64,000 bases of DNA, taken from contig NCBJ01000005.1 of assembly GCA_002255585.1 (NCBI GenBank), positions 1,066 to 65,065 of the forward strand, in the 5' to 3' direction. Below are positions 1 to 10,322 of the stretch, one piece after another. The notes beneath the pieces were generated by a model. It had not been told where the DNA came from and searched no databases. It saw nothing but the letters and a program-made list of their open reading frames with translations. The DNA comes from Parcubacteria group bacterium 21-54-25. GTDB lineage: Bacteria; Patescibacteriota; Minisyncoccia; Phycocordibacterales; Phycocordibacteraceae. Made by a program: the position numbers and the translations under genes. Numbering within the stretch: position 1 is the first letter of the stretch; the number at the start of each line of letters is the position of its first letter.

Positions 1-7
1 GATTGTC

Positions 8-904
8 ATGCGTTTATTGCGAGAAGGTGGAGGAGGGTTTTCTCTCGAGACACTCGGGTTTCATGGAGAGACGATGGAGCGCGTGCATCAAGCGACACGC
101 GAAACAACGGGCATCATTTTGATTTCTGGGCCGACCGGATCTGGTAAAACAACAACACTCTATACTGTGCTCGATATAGTCAACACACCGGATGTTAACA
201 TCTCGACAATTGAAGACCCTATCGAGTATCAGATGAAGCGCGTCAATCAGACCCAGGTAAATCCGGCTATTGGGTTCACGTTTGCCACGGGCCTACGCTC
301 GCTCATGCGCCAGGACCCAAACATCATCATGGTGGGTGAAATCCGCGATGGCGAGACTGCCTCGCTTGCCATCAATGCGGCCTTAACCGGCCATCTCGTA
401 CTCTCGACTATCCACACCAACAGCGCTGCTGGCGCAATTCCGCGGTTGGTAGACATGGGCGTAGAGCCATTTCTGTTGGTCTCGACACTGCGCGTTATCG
501 TCGGGCAGCGTCTCGTGCGCAAACTTTGCGAGGAGAAGGAGACGTACGCACTGTCAAAAACCGATCGTGGAAAAATTGCATCAGAGGAACATTTTGAGGC
601 CGCTTTCAATTCGCTCGCGGAAGAAAAGCTGGTTAAATCGGGCACGACGCTCGATGACGTGCCGTTTTACCATCCTAAGCCCTCTGTCGAGTGCGAAGAT
701 GGGTACCGTGGGCGTATCGGTGTGCATGAGATCCTCTCCGTCTCTTCGGCTGTGCGCGATATTATTTTGCATGAGGGCACGACTGACGCAATTGAGGCGC
801 AGGCACGCAAAGAGGGCATGCTCACGATGCTCGAAGACGGTCTTTATAAAGCGGCGCGCGGCACCACTTCGGTTGAAGAAGTGTTGCGCGCGGTATCCGA
901 GTAA
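8..904 (+). CDS. pilB: Type IV pilus assembly / T2SS ATPase, PilB/GspE family, C-terminal part (5' end cut by window edge)
   Basis: ORF runs to window start; Walker A GPTGSGKTTT, Asp box IMVGEIRD, His box LSTIHTNSA; immediately followed by pilC. Confidence 0.85.
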   Translation: MRLLREGGGGFSLETLGFHGETMERVHQATRETTGIILISGPTGSGKTTTLYTVLDIVNTPDVNISTIEDPIEYQMKRVNQTQVNPAIGFTFATGLRSLMRQDPNIIMVGEIRDGETASLAINAALTGHLVLSTIHTNSAAGAIPRLVDMGVEPFLLVSTLRVIVGQRLVRKLCEEKETYALSKTDRGKIASEEHFEAAFNSLAEEKLVKSGTTLDDVPFYHPKPSVECEDGYRGRIGVHEILSVSSAVRDIILHEGTTDAIEAQARKEGMLTMLEDGLYKAARGTTSVEEVLRAVSE

Positions 905-913
905 CTTACCACT

Positions 914-2128
914 ATGAAATTTCGCGTTGTGATACGAAAAGCAGACGGAGAAAAAGATCAGCGTGTCATCGATGCGCCTTCGCATTTTGCAATATATGAG
1001 CAGATTGAAAAAGAGGGCGCATCGGTTATTTCCATCACCGAAGGAGCAGGGTTCACCATGCCAGCGTGGCTCAACATGTCCTTTGGTCGCATTGTTTCCC
1101 CAGACGCTCTCGTCGTCATGACCAAAAATCTAAGCGCAATGCTCCACGCAGGGCTCACGCTCTCTCGCGCGCTTGGGATCCTTGAGCGGCAAGCACGCAG
1201 CAAACGTTTTGCGCAGATCATTTCCGCCGTTGGCACGGAAGTCAAAAAAGGATCGGCGTTTCACACTGCGCTCGAGGCCTATCCAAAGGTTTTCTCGAAG
1301 CTGTTTATTTCTATGACGCACGCTGGGGAAGAGAGTGGCACGCTTGCCGAGTCGCTCACTATCGTCGGTACCCAGATGGAACGGAGCAGAAATCTCACGA
1401 AAAAAGTACGGGGCGCGATGATTTACCCGGCCATCATCATCATTGCCATGGTCGGCATCTCCATTCTCATGCTGGTCTTTGTGGTGCCGGTGTTGGCAAG
1501 TACGTTCTCGCAGCTCGGCGTTGCGTTGCCGCTTCCCACTCGCATCATTCTTGGCGCGTCGCATTTCCTACTCACCAACACGCTTATGGTGGTACTCATC
1601 GCCGCAATGGTTATCGCTGCGGCGGTAGTGTTTGTGCGTTCACGTGTCGGCGCCCGACTGCTCTTTGTGGGCATTCTCCATGTTCCGGTTATCGGAGAAC
1701 TGGTGCAAGAAACCTATGCTGCACGCGCCGCACGAACCCTCTCCTCACTCCTTTCTTCCGGTGTCGACATGTTGGGCGCGCTTGCTATTACCCGTGAAGT
1801 GGTCGGCGTTGAAACGTTTGCGTCGATTCTGAAAGAGGCGGAAGATCGTGTCCGCAAGGGCGAACAGCTTTCTGCGGCGTTTTTGGATCACGTCGATCGA
1901 TACCCCGTCATGTTTTCCGACATGATCGCTGTGGGTGAGGAAACAGGCAAAGTTGACGACATGTTGGAACAGGTCGCGGAGTTTTATGAAAATGATGTCG
2001 AGCAGCGCACTAAAGATCTCTCGACCATCGTCGAACCAATTCTGATGCTCCTCATCGGCACGGGCGTCGGCGTTTTCGCCATTGCCATCATCGCGCCGAT
2101 TTATTCGCTCTCCTCAGCAATTCATTAA
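914..2128 (+). CDS. pilC: Type IV pilus inner-membrane platform protein PilC/GspF family
   Basis: 404 aa, two GspF-type repeats, three TM segments, 10-bp gap after pilB. Confidence 0.85.
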   Translation: MKFRVVIRKADGEKDQRVIDAPSHFAIYEQIEKEGASVISITEGAGFTMPAWLNMSFGRIVSPDALVVMTKNLSAMLHAGLTLSRALGILERQARSKRFAQIISAVGTEVKKGSAFHTALEAYPKVFSKLFISMTHAGEESGTLAESLTIVGTQMERSRNLTKKVRGAMIYPAIIIIAMVGISILMLVFVVPVLASTFSQLGVALPLPTRIILGASHFLLTNTLMVVLIAAMVIAAAVVFVRSRVGARLLFVGILHVPVIGELVQETYAARAARTLSSLLSSGVDMLGALAITREVVGVETFASILKEAEDRVRKGEQLSAAFLDHVDRYPVMFSDMIAVGEETGKVDDMLEQVAEFYENDVEQRTKDLSTIVEPILMLLIGTGVGVFAIAIIAPIYSLSSAIH

Positions 2129-2501
2129 GTAAATGCTGCCGCTACGTGTGTGTAATGTAGCGACAGCACGGGGGATTATTTCAGTATCTTGCTATACGGC
2201 CGCAACAACCACAGCGAAACAATCACCCATATGACTATGCTGGTGTAGTACACTGCGCAAGACCATATATTCCACACCCAAAGATGCTCAGTTGTGAGCT
2301 TAAGATTGAGCACGAATCCAAAAGCGGCCATCATTTCCACGAAGCCAGTCTCGAACGACTGAAGGGCGGCTCGTTTTCGCTGCGTATGCATCGCAACTCC
2401 TCCGGAGGGTGAGTGACACGAGGAGACCTCGATATGAAACTTCTCACCAATCTATACCGCAACACACAATTCAGCGCAATAGAGTGCGCTATCATAGTGA
2501 C

Positions 2502-4208
2502 ATGCAGCACCAATATCGCGGTATGGGTCTTATTGACGTCATCGTCGGCTCGGCCCTCGTGCTCATAGTTTTCCTCGCACTCATGGGTGTATTGCGCGCC
2601 TCAATCCTCCTCTCAGCGCTCGCCAAAGCAAACGCCGGCGCCACGTCGCTCGCCGATAGTCAGATGGAATATCTGCGCGGCCTCACCTACGACAACCTCG
2701 GTACCGTGGGCGGCATTCCTGCCGGTCCCGTGCCGCAGGCTACGACCACCGTCATGGATAGTACGGCCTATACGATACAGACTTATATTCAATACATAGA
2801 TGACCCGGCCGACGGGCTGGGCGTAAATGACACAAACGGTATCACTACCGACTACAAAGTTGCGAAGGTCACGGTATCCTATTTCGCTGCCGGTCAGCCG
2901 CGATCAGCTGTTCTTGTCTCAAACTTCGCACCACCCGGTATTGAAACGACCGGCGGTGGCGGCACGCTGCAAATAAACGTCGTGAACGCAAATGGTGCAG
3001 CCGTGCCGGGCGCCACGGTGCACATCGTAAACACCAGCACAGCACCCACGGTCGACCTCTCTACTTTTTCAAATGCCGCTGGCACGGTGTACCTGCCAGG
3101 CGCAGCAACGTCGACGAACTATCAGGTAGCCGTGACCAAGGCCGGGTATTCGAATGCGCAAACGTACACGCGTACCACAACCAATCAAAACCCCTCGCCG
3201 GGCTATCTCACAGTGGTAAAAGACCAAACGACCACCGGTACGTTTGCCATAGACTATCTCGCCTCGCTCACTATGCGCACCTACTCACCGCCTACTCCCG
3301 GTACATTTTTGGACACCTTTAACGACGAGTCACTTCTTGCGGCAACCACGAGTATCGATGCGGTCGGCGGCGCGCTACAACTGTCTGGGAGCGCGCTTTC
3401 CGGCACCGCCCGCTCAGTTGCCGTCTCACCAAGCAACCTCGACACCTGGGGGAATCTTTCAGCAGGCCTGTCGGTACCGTCTGGCGCTAGTGTGCTGCTC
3501 CATATCTATGACGGCTCCGGAGTGCTTCTTCCGGATAGCGTACTTTCTGGGAACGCTACCGGCTTCTCCTCGTTTCCAGTGGATCTTTCTGGTATTTCTA
3601 CAAGCACGTACCCGACGCTGGCTATCGGCGCTGACATGACAACGCCAAACACGACCACCGTCCCACAAATTCTTGAGTGGTCACTGGGCTACACGACTGG
3701 TCCCACGCCACTTCCCAACGTTCCTTTTACGCTGACGGGCACGAAGACCATCGGATCAACGGGGTCTGGCGTGCCCATTTATAAAACCATTGTTGCAACG
3801 ACGACCAATGCGATGGGCGCGCGTACGCTTTCGCTCGAGTGGGACGCCTACGGCCTCTCGAATGTTACGGGGTACGACATCGAAGACGCCTGTCCGGCGC
3901 CGCCCTATTCACTTGCGCCCGGTTCGACCAACGCGGCAACGCTCACGCTCGTGCCCGGTACTGCCAACCGCCTCTACGTGCTCGTGCAGGATGCAAACGG
4001 CAATTCAGTTTCCGGCGCGACGGTCTCGCTTTCGCGCACCGGCTACACGAGCACCCACACAACTTCTGCATGCGCCGGTGCGTATTTCGGCAACCTTTCG
4101 GCCGCGAGTGACTACGAAATCGACATCAGTAAAAGTGGCTACACAAACGCCACGTTCACCGGTGTTTCTGTTTCCGGTCAGACGTTCTACACCGCCACGT
4201 TCCCATGA
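2502..4208 (+). CDS. Large pilin-like protein: class III (prepilin) signal MQHQYRG|MGLIDVIVGSALV then ~500-aa Thr/Ser-rich beta domains (carboxypeptidase-regulatory/Cna-B-like)
   Basis: Prepilin-type leader ending in G followed by hydrophobic helix with acidic residue (D) at +5; ORF track starts at 2409 but ATG 2502 gives a 7-aa leader; in pilus locus. Confidence 0.6.
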   Translation: MQHQYRGMGLIDVIVGSALVLIVFLALMGVLRASILLSALAKANAGATSLADSQMEYLRGLTYDNLGTVGGIPAGPVPQATTTVMDSTAYTIQTYIQYIDDPADGLGVNDTNGITTDYKVAKVTVSYFAAGQPRSAVLVSNFAPPGIETTGGGGTLQINVVNANGAAVPGATVHIVNTSTAPTVDLSTFSNAAGTVYLPGAATSTNYQVAVTKAGYSNAQTYTRTTTNQNPSPGYLTVVKDQTTTGTFAIDYLASLTMRTYSPPTPGTFLDTFNDESLLAATTSIDAVGGALQLSGSALSGTARSVAVSPSNLDTWGNLSAGLSVPSGASVLLHIYDGSGVLLPDSVLSGNATGFSSFPVDLSGISTSTYPTLAIGADMTTPNTTTVPQILEWSLGYTTGPTPLPNVPFTLTGTKTIGSTGSGVPIYKTIVATTTNAMGARTLSLEWDAYGLSNVTGYDIEDACPAPPYSLAPGSTNAATLTLVPGTANRLYVLVQDANGNSVSGATVSLSRTGYTSTHTTSACAGAYFGNLSAASDYEIDISKSGYTNATFTGVSVSGQTFYTATFP

Positions 4209-4819
4209 AAAACAATACGCACTACATGCACGCGCCGCGCGGCTTTACGTTAATTGAAATGTTGGTCACCATCGCTATAACGGCAGTGGTCATGACTGCG
4301 CTCACATTCCTCATTCAGTATTTCTATCGTACGAACACGTACGTTTTTGAGCAGACGGCCGCGGTTGAAAATGCGCGTAATGGAGTGCTGACGGCGATGC
4401 GCTATTTGCGCGAGGCCTCCTATGGTGCGGACGGTTCGTATCCTATTACGAGTGTCGCAACTTCGAGTGTCGAATTTTATGTTGATATCCAGGGGAATGG
4501 CATCGTTGACCGCGTGCACCTGTACCGCTTAGGCACCACGTTATATCAAGGGGTCACGGTGCCGGTGGGTAACCCGCTCTCGTATGTGGGTCAACCAGAA
4601 GCCACAACCACGCTTGCCACCTACGTGCGCAACAGTACCTCGACGCCGATTTTTCGCTATTACGATGCGAAAGGGAACGAACTCACGCCACCAATTACTG
4701 TTGCAAATATCGCATCGGTCAACACTACCGTTACCGTAAACCTAAACCCCGCGCGCGCACCGGAAGATTTCACTCTCTCAGTAGGCGCAACGCTGCGTAA
4801 CTTGCGTGCTGCGCCCTAG
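4205..4819 (+). CDS. Type IV pilin / pseudopilin (prepilin N-terminal methylation motif)
   Basis: HAPRG|FTLIEMLVTIAITAVV canonical GFTLIE motif; ATGA overlap with upstream stop; alternative start ATG 4226 gives 6-aa leader. Confidence 0.75.
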   Translation: MKNNTHYMHAPRGFTLIEMLVTIAITAVVMTALTFLIQYFYRTNTYVFEQTAAVENARNGVLTAMRYLREASYGADGSYPITSVATSSVEFYVDIQGNGIVDRVHLYRLGTTLYQGVTVPVGNPLSYVGQPEATTTLATYVRNSTSTPIFRYYDAKGNELTPPITVANIASVNTTVTVNLNPARAPEDFTLSVGATLRNLRAAP

Positions 4820-6308
4820 AGGCATTCCTTACATCATGCCGCCTACCCTGCACAAACGACGCGCTATCATACACGGTATGGGTACCACACCTCAGCGCGG
4901 CTCTATCATGCTTCTCGCGCTCGTGTTTGGCGCGATATTCCTCATGGTATTTTCCGGTTTATCCGGGTACGTGCTGGTCGAAAATAATTTTGAAATGTTT
5001 ACTCGAGCGCAAAGCGAGGCGGTCGCCATCGCGGAAGCGGGCCTTGAATATTACCGCTGGCACCTCGCACACTTTCCAACCGATTTGCAAAACGGTACCG
5101 GGCAGCCGGGGCCCTACACCATCACCTACTCTGACCCGCAGAGCGGTGCTACCGTGGGTACCTATACGCTCAATATCACCGGCAACCAGTCCTGCGGCCA
5201 AACGACGTCAATTGACATTACATCAACCGGTAGGCCAGCAGACAACCCCACGGTCTCGCAAACACTCATTGCGCGCTATGCACAACCAACCGTTGCAAAA
5301 TATGATTTCATTTCAAACGCAGGGGTGTGGATAGGTACTGGTGACGCGGTGCACGGTCCCTACCATTCAAATAGCGGCGTGCGTATGGATGGCACGAGCA
5401 ATGCGCCCATTACCAGTTCGCTCGCGTCGTGGACGTGCACCTCCTCATTTGGCTGTTCGCCAAGCCAGACGGAGCCGGGAGTATTCGGAAGCGGCTCCAA
5501 CCAAACCCTTTGGCAGTATCCGACATCGCAAGTTGATTTTGGCGCCATCGCCGCAAACTTTCCATCACTGAAGTCTATCGCGCAATCTAGTGGCATCTAC
5601 CTGCCGCGCTACAGCACGGGTAACAGCAACTCAAGCGCCTACCACAAGGGCTACCACCTCATTTTTAATGCAGACGGTACGGTTACTATAGACCGTGTTA
5701 CCGCACAGAAGACCTCAAACGTGGGCCTTCTTGATAGCGGTACTCTCGGAAATGACTACGCGCTGATTAATAATGAGACGGCATACGAGACGCTCAAAAT
5801 TCCCTCTGCGTGTGGGCTCATCTTTGTGGAAGACAACACGTGGGTGAGCGGCGTTATTCCCGCACAGGTTACCCTTGTCGTCGCAAATGTTTCGAACACG
5901 GGCGTTACCCCTGACGCATTTTTGCCAGGGAACATAACCTATGCCTCGGGGAATGGCTCGGATGGCTTCACACTCATCGCGCAGCACGATATTTTAATTA
6001 CACCCGATTCTCCACAGAACATGACCCTCGATGGGGTGTACGTAGCGCAGAGCGGCGCGTTTGGCAGGAATTATTACGGCAGTACATCCAATAGTTCGCA
6101 ATATGAGCCACGCGGCACGTTAACGACGGTCGGGACTATTGTCTCGGCGCTGCAGTCTGCGACAACCTGGGTAAATAATAGTGGACAACCGATAGGCGGA
6201 TACGCGAGCACTATAGACTACCCCGATCAACAGTTAGCCCAAAATCCACCGCCGTTTACTCCGGTGCTCTCGTCCGACTACCAGTTCGTTAACTGGCGAC
6301 AACAGTAG
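4806..6308 (+). CDS. PilX-like minor pilin / pilus-associated protein (N-terminal QRGS + hydrophobic segment)
   Basis: TTPQRGSIMLLALVFGAIFLMVF resembles PilX_N; GTG at 4806 overlaps previous gene, ATG 4836 or 4878 more likely starts; large Gly/Thr-rich extracellular part. Confidence 0.5.
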   Translation: MLRPRGIPYIMPPTLHKRRAIIHGMGTTPQRGSIMLLALVFGAIFLMVFSGLSGYVLVENNFEMFTRAQSEAVAIAEAGLEYYRWHLAHFPTDLQNGTGQPGPYTITYSDPQSGATVGTYTLNITGNQSCGQTTSIDITSTGRPADNPTVSQTLIARYAQPTVAKYDFISNAGVWIGTGDAVHGPYHSNSGVRMDGTSNAPITSSLASWTCTSSFGCSPSQTEPGVFGSGSNQTLWQYPTSQVDFGAIAANFPSLKSIAQSSGIYLPRYSTGNSNSSAYHKGYHLIFNADGTVTIDRVTAQKTSNVGLLDSGTLGNDYALINNETAYETLKIPSACGLIFVEDNTWVSGVIPAQVTLVVANVSNTGVTPDAFLPGNITYASGNGSDGFTLIAQHDILITPDSPQNMTLDGVYVAQSGAFGRNYYGSTSNSSQYEPRGTLTTVGTIVSALQSATTWVNNSGQPIGGYASTIDYPDQQLAQNPPPFTPVLSSDYQFVNWRQQ

Positions 6309-6330
6309 CGCGTTTCGTAATAATGGTAAG

Positions 6331-7089
6331 ATGAAAGGCATGATTATTGCTGCCAACTGGAAAACCTATGTAGAATCGACTGCGCGGGCCAAGAAACTTC
6401 TGGCGAGCGCGAAACGTCTCGCCGTGCACGCGAAGCAAGATGTGGTGCTTGCGCCACCCGCACCCTTTCTTGGAATGCTTGCCGCAGGGAATCGTTCCAA
6501 GGTTGCTTTTGCGGTGCAGGATGTGTCGACGGAAACCGGCGGCGCGCATACGGGCGCGGTTACCGCTGCCGCAGCGCGCGAAGCAGGCGCAACGCACGCC
6601 ATCGTCGGTCATTCAGAACGGCGCGCCGCTGGCGACGACAACGCCACGGTCGCGCTGAAATTACAACATATACTCGCGCAAGGCATGGTTCCGATTTTGT
6701 GTATCGGTGAACATACGCGCGATGATCAGGCGCGCTACCTCACCTTTTTACGTGAAGAAATTGCATCCGCATTTGGACCACTTTCACAGAAAGAGCGCGC
6801 AACAATTATTATTGCGTATGAGCCCATTTGGGCCATCGGTAAAACTGCGGCTGACTCTATTAGCCCAAATGATCTTACGGAAATGATCCTCTACATCCGC
6901 AAGGCACTCGCAGAGTTTCTCCTTGGGGAAAATGTCGCCACCGCGCGCGTTCTCTATGGTGGTTCGGTTGAGCCTGGCAACGCGCGCGAACTTGCCGAGG
7001 GGAGCGGCATCGATGGGTTTTTGGTGGGGCATGCAGCGACGGATGTTGCTTCCTTTACCGCGCTCGTGAAAGCCGTTTCAACTCGTTAG
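6331..7089 (+). CDS. tpiA: Triosephosphate isomerase
   Basis: AANWK, HSERR, AYEPIWAIGKT active-site signatures. Confidence 0.9.
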   Translation: MKGMIIAANWKTYVESTARAKKLLASAKRLAVHAKQDVVLAPPAPFLGMLAAGNRSKVAFAVQDVSTETGGAHTGAVTAAAAREAGATHAIVGHSERRAAGDDNATVALKLQHILAQGMVPILCIGEHTRDDQARYLTFLREEIASAFGPLSQKERATIIIAYEPIWAIGKTAADSISPNDLTEMILYIRKALAEFLLGENVATARVLYGGSVEPGNARELAEGSGIDGFLVGHAATDVASFTALVKAVSTR

Positions 7090-7093
7090 ACGC

Positions 7094-8236
7094 ATGAAGA
7101 CACTGCGTGATATCTCGCTTCTTCACAATGTGCCGGTGTTGGTGCGCGCGCCGCTCAATGAGCCGATCGAAAACGGCGAAATAGCAAGTGATTTTCGCCT
7201 GCGACGCACCTTGCCGACGATTGCCTTCCTTGCCAATGCGGGCGCCCGCGTCATTGTGTGCGGGCACATCGGGCGCGATCCAGGCGAGACGCTCGCCCCT
7301 GTCTATCGCGCGCTTGCGCAACGCCTTTCACACGTCTCGTTCTCGCCAGAGTCGGTTGGGCCCGCCGTGCGCGAGAAAGTACGCGCGCTCCATCCGGGCG
7401 ACGTGCTCGTGCTTGAGAACCTGCGGCGCCACAAAGGCGAAGCTATGAACGATCCAGACTTCGCGCATGAACTTGCACAAAATGCGGATGTGTTCGTGCA
7501 AGACGCATTTGATACCTGTCACCGAAAACACGCATCCATCGTCGGCGTGCCAGCACTGCTGCCGTCGTACGCGGGACTCCTCCTCGAAGAGGAAGTGCGT
7601 GAACTTTCCACCGCGCGTACTCCGCAGCACCCTGCGCTGGCTGTCATCGGTGGCGCAAAATTTGCAACGAAAGAACCAGTACTTACACAATTGCTCACGT
7701 GCTATGACCACGTTATGGTTGGCGGTGCGCTTGCAAATGATTTTCTTGTTGCCAAAGGCTACGCGCTCGGTGCATCGCTTCTCTCTGGAGCGGACGCAAC
7801 GCCCATCAAGATGCTTCTTGCAAATGAACGGCTGGTGTTGCCGCAAGACGTGATAATCGCTGCACCAGATGCGAATGTTTCGAGTGCACAGTCGGCCGCA
7901 CTCGACGCCATACCAGAAAAAGAGGCGGTACTTGATGCGGGTCCTAAGACGCAGGCCGCGCTCAGCACTCTCGCACACACCGCACAAACCATTCTTTGGA
8001 ACGGTCCGCTTGGCCATTATGAAAACGGTTTCACCGCGGGCACCAAGGCGCTTGCCGAAGCAATTGCCGCGAGCTCTGCGCGTTCAATCGTTGGCGGGGG
8101 CGACACAATTACCGCTATCGAAGAACTTGGCATCGGCGAGCACTTCTCTTTCATCTCGACGGGTGGCGGCGCGATGCTCGATTTCCTTACACACGGTACG
8201 CTTCCTGGCATCGAAGCACTCGCCGCCGACCAGTAA
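7094..8236 (+). CDS. pgk: Phosphoglycerate kinase
   Basis: 380 aa; LENLRRHKGE, GGGDT and GGGAMLDF motifs; 4-bp gap after tpiA. Confidence 0.9.
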   Translation: MKTLRDISLLHNVPVLVRAPLNEPIENGEIASDFRLRRTLPTIAFLANAGARVIVCGHIGRDPGETLAPVYRALAQRLSHVSFSPESVGPAVREKVRALHPGDVLVLENLRRHKGEAMNDPDFAHELAQNADVFVQDAFDTCHRKHASIVGVPALLPSYAGLLLEEEVRELSTARTPQHPALAVIGGAKFATKEPVLTQLLTCYDHVMVGGALANDFLVAKGYALGASLLSGADATPIKMLLANERLVLPQDVIIAAPDANVSSAQSAALDAIPEKEAVLDAGPKTQAALSTLAHTAQTILWNGPLGHYENGFTAGTKALAEAIAASSARSIVGGGDTITAIEELGIGEHFSFISTGGGAMLDFLTHGTLPGIEALAADQ

Positions 8237-8321
8237 TTGACAGGTAACTATTTTGTAGTAAAGTCAGCGACAGAATTCAACTCAACATATTGTTGCGTTG
8301 ATATATTGGGAGGGAATGGCC

Positions 8322-8957
8322 ATGCTCGCACCCGTCATCGAACTGCGGCCCCGCAAGGCGCTGCCGGAGAAAATCATGAATGTCGAAAGTGTGTGCGCGT
8401 TTGTGTCTCGGCATGTGTTTGATCGAGCAGTGTATGCCGCTACAGCGGTGCTCGCCATAGAGCTCCTGGTCGTCGTGCTGGTGGTGCACCAAGCTGCCGT
8501 CTGGCCTGCATGGGCGCCCTCTGCCTGGCTGCGGGCGGATCCGCACCGCTGTCTGTTCGTGGCCGCTTCGGTGGCGACACTCGTGAGCGTGTCGTTCGCT
8601 CTCATACTCTCGCCTCTTGCGCGGTCTAAGAACCGCTCCATGGCAGAAGTGGCGGAACCGCTTACCGCTATTGAGGTGTTTGCGGCAACGTACACCGCAA
8701 TCGCATGCACCACCGTGGGGATGTTAACTGTGGTAAACACCATCATCGCGCCGATATCGTACCGCTACCGGCTTGTGATGTTTGCCGTAACGAGTATGCT
8801 GATCGTTCCGCTTGCGGTGCTGACTGTTAAAACTGCACAGATGCGAACAGGGCAGCGGTTGCGGCAGCCACAGCCATGGCCGCATAAGACACTGCTTTAT
8901 GTCATTATTATGGCCCCGGCCACACTCATAACCCTCATCATATTCGCTGTCTCGTGA
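8322..8957 (+). CDS. Hypothetical polytopic membrane protein
   Basis: ORF 8298-8957; ATG 8322 sits 7 nt after GGGAGGG; 5-6 hydrophobic helices; TTGACA-17-TAAAGT promoter-like at 8236-8264. Confidence 0.5.
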   Translation: MLAPVIELRPRKALPEKIMNVESVCAFVSRHVFDRAVYAATAVLAIELLVVVLVVHQAAVWPAWAPSAWLRADPHRCLFVAASVATLVSVSFALILSPLARSKNRSMAEVAEPLTAIEVFAATYTAIACTTVGMLTVVNTIIAPISYRYRLVMFAVTSMLIVPLAVLTVKTAQMRTGQRLRQPQPWPHKTLLYVIIMAPATLITLIIFAVS

Positions 8958-8971
8958 GCAAAGGGACAGCA

Positions 8972-9004
8972 CAAAACGGCGCCGCAAGGTGCCGTTCTTT
9001 TTTA
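8972..9004. terminator. Bidirectional intrinsic terminator between convergent genes
   Basis: A-tract, stem AACGGCGCC/GGTGCCGTT, T-tract TCTTTTTT. Confidence 0.6.
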
Positions 9005-9409
9005 TTGTGCTGCGCGAATTTTCTCTGCAACAGCGCCCGCCTCGCCAGGCGCATACTCTTTCCTAGGCCAGGAGCGAAGACCGTCATCAGCAAAGCGGGG
9101 GATGAGGTGCAGGTGTGCATGAAAGACGAGCTGCCCGGCCGCCTTCTTATTATTCATGACGAGGTTCATGCCGTCTGCGTCAACCGCCCGCATAATTGCG
9201 GGGGCAATCTTTCGTGCGGTACGTGTCATTGCTGAAAGTGCCTCGTCAGAAATATCAAAAATGTTTTGCGCGGGCTCTTTTGGTATCACGAGTGTGTGGC
9301 CTGGATTGTTCGGATGAATGTCGAGAAACGCGAGGGTCTCGTCGTCTTCATATACGACATCAGCCGGAATTTCTCGGCGAATAATTTTTGCGAAAAGAGT
9401 ATCTTCCAT
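9002..9409 (-). CDS. HIT-family (histidine triad) nucleotide hydrolase
   Basis: IPKEP...HAHLHLIP histidine triad; start moved to ATG 9409 (MEDTLFAKIIRREIPA matches HIT N-termini); ORF track extends to 9514. Confidence 0.8.
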   Translation of the reverse strand: MEDTLFAKIIRREIPADVVYEDDETLAFLDIHPNNPGHTLVIPKEPAQNIFDISDEALSAMTRTARKIAPAIMRAVDADGMNLVMNNKKAAGQLVFHAHLHLIPRFADDGLRSWPRKEYAPGEAGAVAEKIRAAQ

Positions 9410-9526
9410 GGGTCTTATAGTACCGCACGCTCCGGTACCCACCCACTCTTTACAAACACGCACGCTCGTGTTATGAAATACACAGAAAGAACGCACGCAT
9501 TTCGCTTGCGGCACGGGAGAAATAAC

Positions 9527-10246
9527 ATGAAGAAAATACTGATTGTGCTCGTGGTGATTGTCGCGCTGCTGCTATCAGTCGCCGCTTCGGCGGCAACCGT
9601 CGAAGTGCTGCAAAACGGCTCCGTGCGTCTCGCGCAGAGGAGCGAGGTCGTCCGCCGCATCGATGTGCACTTTGACAAGGACGTCTTCACGTACGGAGAC
9701 GCGTGGAAGAAGGCGTGGGCTCACCCAGGCGTGCCGGTGCCTGTTGCGTCACACGTGACGCAACAGCGCGACGGTCTGTTCCATACGACAGAACAAACCG
9801 TTGTGGATACGGGCATTATGCGCAACGCAACCGGCGTACATCTGGTGCATGGCGTGAAAGAGGACACACGCCGAATTTTCAACCCGCTTCTTATCTTTTG
9901 GGCGGCATCCGGCGTGATGATGTGGATATTTGTGTGGGAGGTGAATAATGAAAAAGGATACAGTGAGAAGGGTTCGATCCTCATTTCGGGCGCCGGCGTC
10001 ATCACCCTTTTCATCACCGGCGCCGCCGTAGCCATCGCCTTTGTCTCCACCACTGGCACTACTGTCGTCATCGCTAGTTCGATCGCCGTTGCCGCCACCC
10101 TTGTCGCTCTTATCGCTTCAGCCGTCGCCACCCGCGCCACCGGCGACATCGTCGCAAAAAGGAGGCTCAACCTTTTGTTTCGAGTTGCGATATACGTATA
10201 TGCGGCTGCCATGGGGGCCGGTATCGGGTCCTTCCTGTCGAGTTAA
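9527..10246 (+). CDS. Hypothetical secreted/membrane protein (signal peptide, C-terminal hydrophobic Ala/Val-rich anchor)
   Basis: GGGAGA SD 6 nt before ATG 9527; MKKILIVLVVIVALLLSVAASAA signal; ORF-track 5' extension (9266) overlaps HIT gene and is rejected. Confidence 0.55.
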   Translation: MKKILIVLVVIVALLLSVAASAATVEVLQNGSVRLAQRSEVVRRIDVHFDKDVFTYGDAWKKAWAHPGVPVPVASHVTQQRDGLFHTTEQTVVDTGIMRNATGVHLVHGVKEDTRRIFNPLLIFWAASGVMMWIFVWEVNNEKGYSEKGSILISGAGVITLFITGAAVAIAFVSTTGTTVVIASSIAVAATLVALIASAVATRATGDIVAKRRLNLLFRVAIYVYAAAMGAGIGSFLSS

Positions 10247-10260
10247 GTTTTTCGGTCTTT

Positions 10261-10298
10261 GCGCCCCTTCGCTTCGCGTTGGGGCGCTCTTTGTTTCC
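10261..10298 (+). terminator. Intrinsic terminator
   Basis: GCGCCCC-loop-GGGGCGC then TCTTTGTTTCC. Confidence 0.55.
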
Positions 10299-10322
10299 TA
10301 TATTTGATACAATCACTCCCAC

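Noticed and set aside
2176-2391. 71-aa minus ORF between pilC and the pilin gene
   Set aside because: No start signal or motif. Likely an intergenic promoter region for the pilin genes.
9266-9526. 5' extension of ORF 9266-10246
   Set aside because: Overlaps the HIT gene on the opposite strand. An SD plus ATG at 9527 begins a clean signal peptide.
9955-9975. GGTTCGATCC T-loop-like string (possible tRNA)
   Set aside because: Lies inside a coding region with no acceptor/anticodon stem context. No convincing tRNA found in any intergenic gap.
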